Shown: piece by piece, positions 36,146-51,062 of the stretch
Layout: the number at the start of each line of letters is the position of its first letter
Numbering within the stretch: the first letter of the stretch is position 1
Source of the DNA: Octopus vulgaris
Lineage: Eukaryota
DNA length: 64,000 nt
Direction of reading: 5' to 3'
NCBI GenBank assembly: GCA_951406725.2
Contig: OX597823.1
Location: 11,718,001-11,782,000 of the forward strand
Made by a program: the position numbers and the translations under genes
The notes under the pieces: model-generated
The model's input: the letters and a program-made list of their open reading frames with translations, nothing else
Told to the model about the DNA's origin: nothing
The model's database searches: none

Positions 36146-38157
36146 GTATTTATTTTTATTCGTTACTCTATACTGTGAGTGTATGTTTGTGTATGTGCCA
36201 ATAAGAGTGTATAGCCACTATCTGAGTTGAATATAATTTCAGTTGTTACTAATTAATTGTCTATGTATGTATGTGTGTGCATATGAGAGAGTTTCAAAGT
36301 GTAACCCTACATTTTGCTACTAATTAGCTTACTTTATGTAATTTAATTAACTACATATTCCATAAACTCTTAGCCTCATTACTAAAATCTATTGTAAGAA
36401 CCCTGAATAATATAATTGTTGAATAATATTCTTTTTGCCGTTTCAATTGATATATACTGATTAATTAATTAGCTTTAATTGCAAGTCTATTTTGATTATC
36501 TTTAATCACTAAAAAATTAATTGTATTCTAATTTTGTCAGCTTGTGTTTAAGCGTATCTGTGATTAATAGGGTGTGTACATATTTTGTTAATTTTGCTTT
36601 TTTTATTCATTTCATCCATCAGGTTATTGACCATGCTGGAGTACAGCCATGGTATATCAGTGGTTGACTTTGACTTTTTTTAAAAAGAATATCAATATTA
36701 AAAGTCAAGAGTGGATTGTATGTTGCTTGCGTGTGGAGTGTGCTGCTAGATGGATACCAAGCTATCCATAATTCGGAATAATGAGTGGATAGTCATACTC
36801 TATGCATACTGAACCCCCACCCCTGACCCCCACTCTCTCTGTGCCCATCTTATATGTCCCCATCTCTTCTATTCACCATACCATGTTGCCCAAACCTATG
36901 CAGTCTGAATCCTCCTTTCCCCAACTCCAGCTCCACTACGCATATACTGTTACTCCTAACTATTTGAATCATGATGCTTGATTGAAAAGTAGGGATGGAT
37001 TGCACTTTTGCTATCTTTACTCTCCCCCCCCCCCCCGAGTTTTCTGTCAACATGCTCTCTTCTGTTCATTTCCATTGGCTTACTACTTTTAGAATATACT
37101 CTGGCACCCCATCCTTGTCCTTTGTTACTCTCCACACTACCGTCCTCTCTCAGCAATAAATCCATTCCTTTCCTCTTTCTGTAACTTCTCCCAACATCTC
37201 ACTGAAATCTTATCATTCCCCCTTTATCATTCATTGGTGAAAGTTCTTTCACCTTGTGGGTTTTAAGGTGACCTCACTAGTGCTGGTGGCACTAAAGATA
37301 CCTCAGTACATTCCGTAAAGTGGATTTTAAATAGACCAGTAACAATGAGCAAGACAACTTCTAAGGTGCTGGTGCCACAAAAGAAGAAAAGACATGCTCC
37401 CAGCATACTCTGTTAAGTGTACTAGGAGAATTTATGAAGGGCATCTAGCCCCCAAAATCAAGCCAAAACTGAAACACTGAGGCAAGATGTGCTGCTCTGA
37501 CCTGTCAGATCTTGTAAACTCTCCATCTTATGCCAGCATGGAAAACATGTGTGAAAGGATGATGATGTAATATTAAGTAAATTGCTGCTATATTCCCTGT
37601 TACACTCTGCTAATATATAAATTTCTATCTTCCTTTCCAGAAATTGTTACTTCGTCATTAAGGAAAATTTCATGTTGCAACATAGCTTCCTTTCTCTCAA
37701 TAGGAATTATAATCATTTATAGACTCTAATGATATCTGAAAAGCTATGGTTGCCCCAGCTTGCTACTTCTTTTGCCATATATTCCTCATAATTTCCTTTT
37801 CCCTCTGACCAAACCCTTTCTGCATATCATTTGGTATGAGCATGTGGTGTAGGTGGGAAACAGTAGATTTTATGAGAAGTGAGGAGCACATATGGTTTGA
37901 TGTTAGAAGAAAGGTGTTAAACAAGTGTAATTCGAGAAGTGTTGAACAAAGATAATCCTTTTGAGAGAGTTAAGAAATTCAGTATTATTGTTTATTTGCT
38001 ACTCAGAGTTTCTTGCAGGCACTTATCTTCTGTAAAGAGAATCACTCTTTGAAATATTTAGAGGTTTATATTATATATGTAATATAAAATTCTCATCTCA
38101 AGATATATTCCTTTTATTCTCTAGTTCTTTTTGCCTTCTTATTTGTATGAAATATGA

Positions 38158-38190
<33 letters not shown>

Positions 38191-38539
38191 ATCTTGCATG
38201 AGTATTTCTATGGGTAGAGAGGCATATCCGTTTGTCACTCAGTTTTTCTGTTTACTTGTATATTGTAATGTATTGTGGCAAAAAAAAAATAAGTGTTTCA
38301 AATTTTGGCACAAGGCCAGCAGTTTTGAAGGAAGCGCTAAGATGATTACATCTATCTCAGTACTTGGCTGGTATTTTATTTTGTTAGCCCTTTAAGAATG
38401 GAAAGCAAAATTGGCTTTAGACCTTAAAGAATTGGAAGGAATGCTGCTACGGTATGCTAATGATTCTGCCAGCTTGCTGTCTGAATAATAATAATATTGA
38501 TGATGGTGATGATGATGATAATAGTAAAAATCTTGTGAG

Positions 38540-38974
38540 ATGCAATGATTCAGAGCGATCACCTGACCAGACATTGTTGTGGTGAAGAAAGAACATGCAT
38601 GATAAACTGACATAGCATGACCCAGTGACAACAGGATCAAAGAGAAAGAGGAAGAAAGACTGAACAACTACGATGATTTAAAGTGGGAAATGCGAAGGTT
38701 GTGGTCAATGAGGAGAGTAGACATGATACCAGTAGTAATTGGTGCTTTTGGAAGTATCAGCACTCAACTACCAACACGGCTGAAAAAGATGAGTATAAAT
38801 GTAAAGGTGGAATACCTACAAAAAAACCAGCATTGCTTGGAACTGCAAGAATTCTTTGCAGGGTTCTTGAAGCATGACCAGTAAACAAGTATCATCTTAG
38901 TCTGCTGGCTGTAAACAGCTGACACTTTCCATCATACCCAGCAAAATAAGCTGTGAGTTTCCATATAATAATAA
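38540..38974 (+). mobile_element. R4/Dong-type LINE 3' end (restriction-like endonuclease domain, (TAA)n tail)
   Basis: PDIVVVKK...EKEEERLNNYDDLKWEMRRLW...IPVVIGAFG...ALLGTARIL(C)RVL, then UTR and ATAATAATAAT. Confidence 0.8.
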
Positions 38975-39220
38975 TCATCATCATCATCATCGTTTAATGT
39001 CCGTTTTCCGCGCTAGCACGGGTTGGACGGTTTCGACCGGGGTCTGGGGAGCTCGGGACTGCCCCAGGCTCCAGTCTAGTCTGGCAGTGTTTCTACAGCT
39101 GGATGCCCTTCCTAACGCCAACCACTCCGCGAGGAGTGTAGTGGGTGTTTTTTTACATGCCACCTGCACAGGTGCCAGAGGGGTCTGGCATCGGCCACGT
39201 TCGAATGGTGCTTTTTATGT
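38975..39220 (-). mobile_element. RTE-LINE 3' UTR fragment inserted in the (TAA)n tail of an R4-type LINE
   Basis: ATAATAATAAT joined directly to (CAT)n and family C motifs. Confidence 0.8.
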
Positions 39221-39514
39221 GGGGGGGGTGCAGAAATATAGGGGAGCACCAGTGGGGAGGGGTGGTTCAGAGAAATGATGACAGGTTCTAGGCAAGTAGA
39301 ACGTAGGATATCGAGAGAGGGGTAATGCATGGTGAAATAGCGTATTGAAGAGGGGGTTCGAAGAGTAGACACCTATAATGGTGGTGGGAGAAGCCACATC
39401 CGGTATAGATGGAGCAAAATATAGAGATATCCGGTATTGGTGGTTGGGGTGGGCAGGGCAGGTGCACCGCGAAGATACGAAGTTTGATTTTAGACGAATA
39501 ATGATAATAATAAT

Positions 39515-39730
39515 ATTTTCTACTATAGGCACAAGGTCTGAAATTTTGGGAGAAGGAATAAGTCGAGGACGTAGACTCCAGGGACCAACTGGTACTTATT
39601 TATTGACCCCAAAAGGATGACAAGCAAAATCAACCTTGGTGGAGTTTGAACTCAGAATGTAAAGATGGATGAAATGCCACTAAGCATTTGTTTGGATGTG
39701 CTAACAATTCTACCAGCTTGCTGCCTTCGT
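39515..39730 (-). mobile_element. SINE family A, reverse strand, diverged
   Basis: Reverse-complement core at 39590-39660. Confidence 0.7.
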
Positions 39731-40983
39731 AGTAATAATAATAATGATAATAATTGTTTTAGTTGTTGTTGTAAAGGTTGGTGAAAGGGTTAGGATTGGC
39801 TTTGGGAATTGTTCAGTACCACTCAGTTTCGGATGTTTTATTCTTCATCGCCTACCCTCTTTTATAGTTGTTGTTGTTTCACTCCAGGTGAGCCTTGTTT
39901 GAGTGCACCTGTATTTGATGACATCCCATTCTTGACCCTCTCATCTTTTTGTGTATCAAAGATTTCATTTCCAGTATGTCTTATTCAACATGGTAGGTTG
40001 TGATTTGAAAGAGGTTTGCTTTCTATTTTTAGTGGGTACGGTGACTACACAAAGGCTCTTGTATTGTCTTACATTCTTTCTAGCTGAAAGAACTCGAAGT
40101 GGCTGCATAAAGACTCTCTATATTTGTTTTCCAGTTGCCTGTTTTAAAAATTGTTTTACATTATATGTATCTGTTTTTGTATTTGTATATACTTTTGTTA
40201 TTGGAGTACACTGCAATTTCATAATGCTACCTTCCAGTTTTGGGCCCTCATATCGTATAGTAAATATCTCACATTATATGTTCATATTTATGGAGTGAAT
40301 GTTTGTGTGCATGCATATATATGTCTTCATAATCATTGTTTAATGTCCATCTTCCATGGTTGCGTGCTTGGACAGGAGCTGGTAGAAGAGTACCCCAGGC
40401 TACTATGTCTGTTTTAACACCAACCACTCTGCAGAGAAAGAAAGAGAGACAGAGAAAGAAACAGCGGTATGCCTATGGTTAAATAGCTCACGTCTTCTAC
40501 AAGGGCTCTAGGCTGAAGAAAATCTTGTGAGTGGGTTTGGTTGATGGAAACTGCAAAGCCCATCATATACATGTGTGTATGTATGCACTTGTATATTTGC
40601 TGCTTGTAAATGTCAGCTTTGCTAATGGTTTCACCACAAAAGCAAACCCAAGCTTCTTGACTTACTGTGTAACCTTTGTATACAAAAACTCATTGATACA
40701 TCATTGCTTGTGTCTGGTACTTTATGTAAAACATGTCTCACCTGTTTGTTGTATAATAGACTGATAGGTTTATTACCTCACTTGGAACCATGTAGTTATT
40801 GGTACAGGAAGGACATCTGGTTGAAGAAAACAACCCCGACATACTTTCATCTAACCCATACCAGTAGGGAAAACTAGATGTTAAAGTGATGATGACATTG
40901 TGTGTGTGAGTGTGTGCGTGTGTGTGTCTGTGTGTGTGTGTACATGCACACATATACATCTAATACATATGAATCTGTTCTAG

Positions 40984-41138
40984 GATGGACAATCGCGAAC
41001 TGTAAGACAATTCCAGTTCACTGACTGGCCTGAGCAAGGAGTGCCTAAGTCTGGTGAAGGATTCATTGATTTTATTGGGCAAGTTCACAAAACCAAAGAA
41101 CAGTTCGGTCAAGATGGCCCAATCACTGTACACTGCAG
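40984..41138 (+). CDS. Lar: Lar exon 21: D2 with WPE loop
   Basis: ctag|GATGGA...GCAG|gtatgt, 155 nt; [51 protein letters not shown]. Confidence 0.97.
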
Positions 41139-41299
41139 GTATGTCTTTCTCTTTCTCCCCCTCCCTCTCTCTCTCTCTTTGTCATTCAACTTAATATTTG
41201 ATCAAGCTGCATTTTTTTCCTTTCTCTCTTCTTATATTTCATTTCTCTTCAATATTTGAAAACTGAGTCGATTTTTCTGATCTCTGTTTCCCTCTGTAG

Positions 41300-41435
41300 T
41301 GCGGGAGTTGGAAGGACTGGTGGTTTTATTACATTAAGCATTGTGCTCGAAAGAATGAGGTATGAAGGTGTGGTGGACATGTTCCAAACGGTGAAGATGC
41401 TCCGGACACAAAGGCCAGCCATGGTACAAACAGAG
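41300..41435 (+). CDS. Lar: Lar exon 22: D2 P-loop
   Basis: gtag|TGCG...AGAG|gtacag, 136 nt; [46 protein letters not shown]. Confidence 0.96.
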
Positions 41436-42651
41436 GTACAGTAACTGATTTTCTATTTCTCTCTCCATGTAGGGTTTTTTGTTGTGTTTTGTTTTTTGTT
41501 GTTGTTTGGTGCTCTAGTTCTGTATTCATGTTCTAACTGAAATATTTATCCACATCATCTAGTTTAACATTAACATAGTTTGTAGGTTCCTTTTTTGTAC
41601 AAGATTCCCAGCTCCTACAGATGCTTTGGTTAGGCCTGTAAAAGTGATAGACACTGCCACTTCTCTCTTGACTTGTAAGAAAGACTTTAAAAGAGCTATA
41701 TCTCTTTACAGACTGTAGCTTTGTGTTTTGCTTCAGTAAACGTGATTTCTAAAGTGTTATATATTGTTATATTAAAAGCCTATAAATGCACTATTGCTGT
41801 ATTTACTTCTAGCATTTTGTTATATTTCCCCAAAATTTTCCTTTCAGTTTTCTAAGTGACCTTGATGGCTTTAGATTTTCAAATAATTGATTTTTCTTTT
41901 GTGTTATGCTGTGAAGTTTCATCTCTGGTGTGTGAGCTGTCATGCTATTGGTAAATCTAAACCCATTGAGAATAGTATTACAGGAAAATGATGATGGAAA
42001 TTTCTTGGAAAATATATCTAAAAACAAAAAAACGAACAACTACTAGTGTGTATATGGCTCTTCCAAAATATAGCAAAGTATCTGATGATTTCCTTGAAAT
42101 CCTTAGTAAAGGGTTTGCTATAAATTCTTTAAGTAGTTTCTGTTATTGGCTTCAAAAGATTCCTTCACTAATTTGTTTAGCCACACACTGAAGTGCAGCT
42201 GGTTGAGTATTGAAAAACCTTTTGCTTTTCTATTTGCCTGGAGTTAAATCCTGCCAGAATCCACTTCCCATACATCTCTGCCTGGGTTTCCTATAAAATA
42301 AGAATGTATAGTATTTTGGCATTTTGTTCATCATTCCCACCCAATACCCAACAACATGTGGTGAATCAATAATTTTTATTTTACTTGAATCATTTTTATC
42401 TTTTTTTCTGTGATTGGGTAAAACAAATTAAATCTCTCACTTGCAATGATCTTCATCTTCTGGGAGAGATAAAAACTGCTGCATTCTGAGCAAATTTCAA
42501 TATCAATTAGAGAAGATCCAGAGTGGCATTTACCTGATTTGCTCACCTGAAATGTGAGCATAAGTGAATTCAGTTTTCATTTATATAAAACAAAGCTCAA
42601 TGACCTATGACGAGAGTATTTTACATTATATAATTATAAAATTAGATTGAT

Positions 42652-42695
<44 letters not shown>

Positions 42696-42697
<2 letters not shown>

Positions 42698-43112
42698 CGC
42701 AGGAGTGGCTGTGTGGTAAGTAGCTTGCTAACCAACCACATGGTTCCGGGTTCAGTCCCACTGCGTGGCATCTTGGGCAAGTGTCTTCTGCTATAGCCCC
42801 GGGCCGACCAATGCCTTGTGAGTGGATTTGGTAGACGGAAACTGAAAGAAGCCTGTCGTATATATGTATATATATATATATAAGTGTGTGTGTGTATGTT
42901 TGTGTGTCTCTGTTTGTCCCCCTAGCATTGCTTGACAACCAATGCTGGTGTGTTTACGTCCCCGTCACTTAGCAGTTCGGCAAAAGAGACCGATAGAATA
43001 AGTACTGGGCTTACAAAGAATAAGTCCCGGGGTCGATTTGCTCGACTAAAGGCGGTGCTCCAGCATGGCCGCAGTCAAATGACTGAAACAAGTAAAAGAG
43101 TAAAAGAGAGTA
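42696..43112 (+). mobile_element. SINE family B, full length, next to (TA)n
   Basis: Same head, body and GTAAAAGA-repeat tail. Confidence 0.87.
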
Positions 43113-43538
43113 ATTATTACCATGCTATTATTAAGAGTACCCAACCATAGAAAATCTGCCCCAATGAGTTTCATTTGAGTCATGCAAGTATGAAAAATTG
43201 AACATTAAAATGATCGTGATGGTATTAAATTGAATTTTCGTGTCTGTTAAATCCCAAATAAGCTCTAGTCGAAACCTTTGGTGAAAGAAATTCAAGCCTT
43301 GGTCAAACTGTCCTTTTATATATCAGGGATTACATTATCTTCTGTTTCCTTTCTGCTTTTGAAGTTGGTTGTGTATGGTTTTCTACTTTTCACAAATGCA
43401 CTCACAAAAAAAAAAAACTAAACTTTAAATGTGGAATCATAACAAGAATTACAAAACATTTGCTCTAAAAGAATTGAATTTAGGTAAAAAAAAAAAAAAG
43501 TCATTTTCTGTTTTTAATATTTTTTCTTTTTTCTGCAG

Positions 43539-43607
43539 GACCAATATCAATTCTGTTATCGTGCAGCGCTGGAGTACCTTGGCTCTTTCGATCACTATGC
43601 AAACTGA
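43539..43607 (+). CDS. Lar: Lar exon 23: last coding exon with stop codon
   Basis: gcag|GAC...AAC TGA; DQYQFCYRAALEYLGSFDHYAN*, cf. vertebrate LEYLGSFDHYAT*. Confidence 0.97.
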   Translation, partial: DQYQFCYRAALEYLGSFDHYAN

Positions 43608-45151
43608 AGCAGCGATTGCCTTTTCCTATCTATGCAGCCCTCTGTATATTAGTAGCTGGGCATACATATGCTTTCTGAGAAGGCACCACATGGAATGATA
43701 TTGTTAATGCATTCAGAACAGAAAGCAGAGGGACATGCTGGTTCTACTTGAATATTATGTCCAAGTTACATAAGAAGGAAAAAATTATTCCATTAACTGC
43801 TTTTTTAAAAAAAAAAACGGAAGCCTACCAAACAGCTTTATATCAATTTAAAGATCCGACGTTGTTTTTTCTTTCATTTTTTTTCCGTTAAACTTTTTTT
43901 CCTTTATCATTATTCTCATTTTTCCGTTCCATTATGTTTGCTTCCAGTCCATAAAGGGCAACATTGAAAAAATATAAAAGAACAGAATTTCATCCAGCCA
44001 AGAAGCATTATTACATTTAAGATTTTTTTTTTTTTTAATTATCATCAAAACAACAAAGGAATAACAACTTATTATTATTATTATTATTATTATTATTCCT
44101 TGCCAGTTCACCTTGGTTATTTTTTCATTTAATTTTCTGTTTTATTTTATTAGTTTACTTATTTTATGAAGAAGAGAAGGAGGAGGAAGAAGAATAAAAG
44201 AGGAAAAAAATAGTTTCTATTTCATTTATTTTTTACAAATTTTTAATTTTTATTGCTTTATTAAAAAAGAAAAAATACAATATGGTTAAGAAAGAACAAT
44301 CAGACTGTCAGAGACCTATTCCAACTGAGTAACAACCAATATAAGATATAATTGTAAAAAAAAAAATAATAAAAAAAAACTAATAGAAAAAATTTTAAAA
44401 AATAAGAGGCTCTGATGATTTTTCTCCTCCCAATAGTTTCAGATTTGAATGGACAAATAAAATGGAGACCATATTTTCATGGGGCAACTTGCCTGAAAAC
44501 CGGGGATGCTATGGCGGTGCCCATCATGGTTGTAATATAATGTGTACGTTGTAACTGTGTATAATATTATATCTAGCTCTCCAATTAGTAGTGAAAACGT
44601 AGGAAGCAATTTATTTTTGTATGTAAGCTAATCTCATTGCTGGTTATGTAGAAGTTCATGTCTGGATTTTGGATTCTTTTATTCTGCTGTTCATACCTCA
44701 GATTTAACTCCCCACCCCACTCCCATTTTATCTTTTTTTTTTTAAATTTTTTCTATTTTTTTTATTTTTGTTTATTCTTTTTTTTTTTCAAATTCCAGTA
44801 GCTTATCAGATTGAGGATGAGTCCAGCACTTGTAATTAGTGAATGAGTGACATTTTATGCCTTTATAAATACAATAATTGATCATGATGATGATGACGAT
44901 GATGGTGAGGATAATGATGATGATGGTGATGGTGATAATGTAAATGATGATGATGATGATGATGATGAGTGTAGGGGATGGGAGAAAGGGCAAGAAGGAG
45001 AGAAGTATACCTCGGGTGTATCATTTAGTTTGCATAAAGAACTTTAAGGATATTGTGTACAGCATGTCTGTGTGTAGACAGCAGTCAAGCTAAGATTTGA
45101 AGAGAGAGTCTGAGATGTATGTGAGTGTGTATATGTATGTGTGTGTGTATG

Positions 45152-45194
<43 letters not shown>

Positions 45195-45197
45195 CTG

Positions 45198-45230
<33 letters not shown>

Positions 45231-45245
45231 ATATATATATATATG

Positions 45246-45276
<31 letters not shown>

Positions 45277-46626
45277 CATCTAGTAAAATTAGAAGTGTGT
45301 TCTGCAACATTTCAGTGGGTCATTCCCTTTTGATAAATGCTTGCTCACAGTTATATTTATAATGTTGTTGTTGTTGTTGTTGTTATTATTATTATTATCA
45401 TTATTATTATTATTACTACTACTACTATTATTATTTTCTGAATCTGAACAATTAACTTCTGGCCAGGGAGCATACTTCTACTACTACTACTACTACTTCT
45501 TCTTCTACTACTACTACTACTACCACTACTATGTAGCACCTGTAGTTTTTAGTGATGTTAGGTGGCAGTTAAGTTTTTCCCCCTACCCTCCTTGTCTTTG
45601 TCTCACAAGGTGAAGCCAGTCAGATGTTTCATATCCTTTTTAAAAGTTGTATAAAGCTTGCGTTGGTGCTGTTTTCAATACTTTACAGTAATTTTCTCCC
45701 TGGTAGCTCTTTTCACTATTTAAGTGTACATGTATATGATAAACAACAACTCTCCTATTCTTAAAGGATATATATATATATATGTATATGGAGATATATA
45801 TATGGATATATATATATATATATTATATATATATATTATATATATATTATATATATATATATATATATGTAATATGCATGTATGTGTGTTTGTTTTCTAT
45901 GTGTATATTAGTATATATGTGTGTGTATATGTCAGTATATGTATGTTTATACACACATTACAGACACAAATATATATATAAATTACTTTACAAATAATAA
46001 GGCTTTATAATGGAAATCATTGAAATATTAAATTTTTTTAACTGCCTAACTCTTGTTGGTGTCCACTCCCTCCCCAGTCTCCCACCCAATCACCCTCCAC
46101 TCTCCTTGTTGTCAAACCACCACCCTACCCCCTTAATTCTTGATTCTTTCTTACAGTTCTCCCCACCACGACCACATAACATTTACTATTTCTTGACCAG
46201 GGCTCTCCCCCTTGGACCTGTGATGAAACATAATAAGATGTCTTGGCATATGACTCCCACAGCCTAGTCCACCTACCTATTTGACCACACTTGCATAACC
46301 CTCTCTATTTCGTTTCATTTATTCGTAATAATTAACAATGTATTAATTAATCAAATCAAATATTAGTAGTTGTATCTCTTGTCTTGCTGATGGCAATTGC
46401 TTTGCCTTCTTCCTTTCATTCTTTTTTATTCATTGAGGTTTTGTTGTAATTTCTGATGATTTTCAAAGGAAACTGACAAATTGTTTTTACCAAAGTCTAG
46501 CACTAGAACTCTTTTGTACAAGCCATGTCGCTGTCTCACTCACTGTTAGGTAATAATATATTCTCTTCAGTATCAAATCACAGCATATCTTGCTGTTTTC
46601 TGTCAAGCAAGTCCTCCATCAAGTCT

Positions 46627-46661
<35 letters not shown>

Positions 46662-47380
46662 TAACAATAATAATTTTCTTTCTGATCAGTATTCTAAGCT
46701 TTCACTTTTTTTCTTTTTCTATTTTACTTCTACTGCTGTTGTTAGAATTTTTTTTTCTCCCTCCAGCGAACACTCCTGTTTTTCTCCGTCCTCCATTGCT
46801 GTGCTGCATAAACTCAAAGCACACATGAACAAAAACAGTATGTGCTTGCTTTCAACATAGCATCTATAGCTCCCAGCTGCTGAGTCACTGTTTCAATTGT
46901 AGCTATAAGAATTCTCACATGATAAAAAAATACTTCTTACAGTTAAGAAAACATTGAATTTCAAAAAATCAAAAAAAAAAAAAAGAAAAAAATCACTATG
47001 ATTGGTTCCATTTGAAACAAGACTGTTCATATTCTGTTTTTTGTTTTTGTTGTTTTGTTTTAAGTCATTTGGTTCTCTTTCCATTATTGCGTATATATAT
47101 GTGTGTGTGTGTGTGTAATGTGTGTAAATATTGTTTGTTGTTATGATTTGCAAAGTGTTTCTACCTTGCAGCTTCGTCAGATTTTCAGAAGATGTGAGGC
47201 AGAAATGTTCTGTTATAAATCATAACAATGAACAAATGTAAATTACATAAATATATGTAGGTGTGTGTGTGTGTGTGTGTGTACATACTATTTGTATTAG
47301 TTTCTTTATATGAATTGTTGATGCACTGGTCATATAACTAGGTATACCCTCATTACATTTCATGCATGTGTGTGTGTGTC

Positions 47381-47439
<59 letters not shown>

Positions 47440-47598
47440 ATGTATGTATATATTATATGTGTGTATATATACATTACATAAGAGATATTTGTGTATGAAT
47501 CATGTATAAGTTTGGATATGTAAATATGTCTATATGTATATAGTGTGTGTGTGTGTGTACATAATATATATATATATGTATGTATATATATATGTATG

Positions 47599-47629
<31 letters not shown>

Positions 47630-47642
47630 GTATATATATATG

Positions 47643-47673
<31 letters not shown>

Positions 47674-47818
47674 GTGTATATATATGTATATATATATGCA
47701 TATATATATGTATGTATATATATATGTATGTATATATATATGTATATATATATATATGTATGTATATATATATGTATATATATATATGTATATATATATA
47801 TGTATATATATATATATG

Positions 47819-47865
<47 letters not shown>

Positions 47866-47906
47866 GTATATGTGTATATATATATATATGTATGTATATA
47901 TATATG

Positions 47907-47938
<32 letters not shown>

Positions 47939-48114
47939 TGTATGTATATATATATGTATGTATATATATATGTATGTATATATATATGTATATGTATGTA
48001 TATATATATGTATGTATATGTATATGTATATGTATGTATATATATATATGTATGTATATGTATATGTATATATATATATGTATGTATATATATATGTATG
48101 TATATATATATATG

Positions 48115-48165
<51 letters not shown>

Positions 48166-49293
48166 AATTATGTATATGTGTATATATAGGTGCCATAATT
48201 ACATCTTGTTGGCAGGGGGCTAGAATAGTACTGTTTATTATTTACAGCAATGTTGTTTTACATGATTTCCTCCTGGTTTTATTTTTACATAAGCAGTTAC
48301 TACCATCCTTCTCAGTTGTACATAATTTATTTGATTTTACCAGAAAATATATATATTATTATTATTATTAATTATAATAATAACAGCAATAATTATGATT
48401 TGACAATTTTAACTAGATGATTGACGAGTATAAAAGAAAAGGAGGTTTTAGGCTATGGTCAGCATTCCAATGCCAATGTGATGTTCTATTGATATGTTAT
48501 ATAGTCTCTTATTCATTGTTTATAGTCTTCTATTGATTGTAAATTCTTGCCTTCCCTCTCAGAAATTCTAAGTTCAGGTGTGTATTTTGGTTTGCTGTTA
48601 AGTAGGATGTAGGAAGGAGCATATATTAATGCATACACACGCGTGCACACATACACACACACACACACACACACATATACAGTCACATACATGTATAAAC
48701 ACAGATGTACATACACTATAGCTGTGTGCTGGCTGGCTGGCTGGCTGGCTATCCTGTCAAATCAACCAGCTTCTGTTTAGTTATTTTTATCATCTACGAC
48801 TTAATCAAAATTAATAGATCTGATGGAAAAGAAAGGAGAGATTCATTAATCAAATGAAATAAATAAGAAATTAAAATCTTAAGAAACAAGGACAAATAAA
48901 TTAAAATAAATAAAAAGAAGGAATGAGATCTTAAAATGAACTATCATGATTAATTAACCCACTGAAATATTTGAAATAAAATTTTTTAAAAATTCCTTTC
49001 CCCTCAAAAAAGAAAAAAAAAACCCAAATAATTATAATTATATAAAACAAGCAAATAATATAATCAGATTTCCCCTAAAAGATGTGGGAACAATGAATCA
49101 AAATGTCATTTTTAATATTTTTTATTTTTTATTATTTTCCATTCTTACCAATTCGGCTTCAACATTTGTGTTTGAATATTTTTAACCTATCCTATAATGA
49201 ACAATAAATATTCTATGAGTCATCAATTTCTTAACGATTCAACTCTCGTTTATTTTTTCCATGTTTCATTTCTTTCATCATATATATATATAC

Positions 49294-49324
<31 letters not shown>

Positions 49325-51027
49325 GTTGTCTTTCTCTCTCAAATCCTTTTTGTCTATCTTTTGCTTGTATTTATATACATGTGTGTATATGTATATATAT
49401 ACATATAATGTGTGTATATATATATATATATATATACATACATATACTGTATGTATATATATATATATATACATAAAGTATGTATATTCTATATCTCACT
49501 TTATATATTTATATATGTGTATATATATATATATAAATGTATTTATGTGTATATATACATATACATGTGTACACACACATATAATGTATGTATGTATATA
49601 TATACATATATCTACACATGTATATAAGTTTATATATATATCTATATATAATGGCTATATTTAAGAGCCCTTAATGGTAAAAGATAATTCATTTCTAAAA
49701 CATGATGATGGATACAGTTAATACCTGTTTTTAGGAAATTTTCTCATTTACATTCTTTTTTTTCTTCTTATTTAGCTTTTTGTTTTGTTTTACTAATTTG
49801 TAAATCCTTATTCTTTCAGCATCATCAATTCTATTTTTATTTTATTTTGTTTTCAAGCAATTTTTCAATATTTCTTTATTGCCATCATTGTCAATGCTGC
49901 CAGGGAAAGTTGGTCATTTCTTGCTAGTTTACGTCAAAGAAACTAATTTGAATTTGACCAGCTGCTAACCAAGCCAAGGATAAAATTGTTCTGAATCACA
50001 GTCTATCTACTTCATGCTATTGTTACATATAAAATATTCCTGTGATGACACTCACTTGGGGAGTAAAAAGAAGAAAAAAAAAAAAATGTTTTCAATCTTA
50101 ACTTGAAAAAAAAAAAAGGTAAAGAAACTTAACGAAACCAAAAAAAAAATTAAAAAATGAAAAAAATAAAGGTGCAGAAAGAAGCCTTGACAAATCTTAA
50201 TTAATAATAATAATACAATCTTCTCTACAGATCAATGATTGGTCAGTTACTATGACATTTGTATGCTGCTTATTACATTACTTATTCCTCATAAGACCTG
50301 CCCGTTTGTTTGTTGGTCATTTTTTTTCATGTCCTTATTAATCTGCAGCTACAGCTGGTCAAGATGTAGACAATGAATGGATACTGGGTAAAAACAGCTA
50401 AACATTGATTTTTTTTTTTTCCTCCATGTCAACAACATTGATCAGTAATTAAACATTTGTCTACCTACAGTTCGATAAATGTGAATAAAAGGCCAATAAT
50501 ATATGACCACAAGACTTTGTTGTTGATTAAATTCCTATTTACAGCCAGTGTCACCATACTAGTTGTTTGACACCTCTTTCTCCTGATACAGTTCTTTCTA
50601 CTGCTATCCCTGTTGTTAATATATCTATTATTATTATTATTATTATCATAGATTAAGGTCTTGCAGGTTTAAAAGACATTTTGTTAATATTTCACCGTAA
50701 AATCGTGTGTGTATATATATGTATGTATGTATGTATGTATATATATATACCATATATATAAAATATAATTTACTATATATATATATTATACATGTATGTA
50801 TATATTATATATATTATGTATATTTTTATACGTATCAAATGTTATATATATTATGTATATATGCATATATATGTTTATTGTATATATACTTATATACATT
50901 TATGATATATTTTATATGTATATTATATACATACATGTCTATACATACTATGTATATATATATATATATCTGCATACATGTATATGTTTGTGTGTGTGTA
51001 TGTAAGTATATATGTATATATATATAT

Positions 51028-51062
<35 letters not shown>

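Noticed and set aside
43608-43655. Possible stop-codon readthrough extension
   Set aside because: TGA-A context is not the leaky TGA-C type, the extension is only 15 codons, and the C-terminus already matches orthologues
44847-45047. Acidic poly-Asp ORF, and poly-Leu/Tyr ORF at 45341-45613
   Set aside because: Translations of (GAT)n, (TTA)n and (CTA)n microsatellites downstream of the true stop
47220-48371. Long ORFs (209-315 aa) of YI/IY/VC dipeptides; also 33418-33859, 45044-45362, 49250-49664, 50707-51314
   Set aside because: Translations of stop-poor (TA)/(TG) microsatellites, open in several frames on both strands
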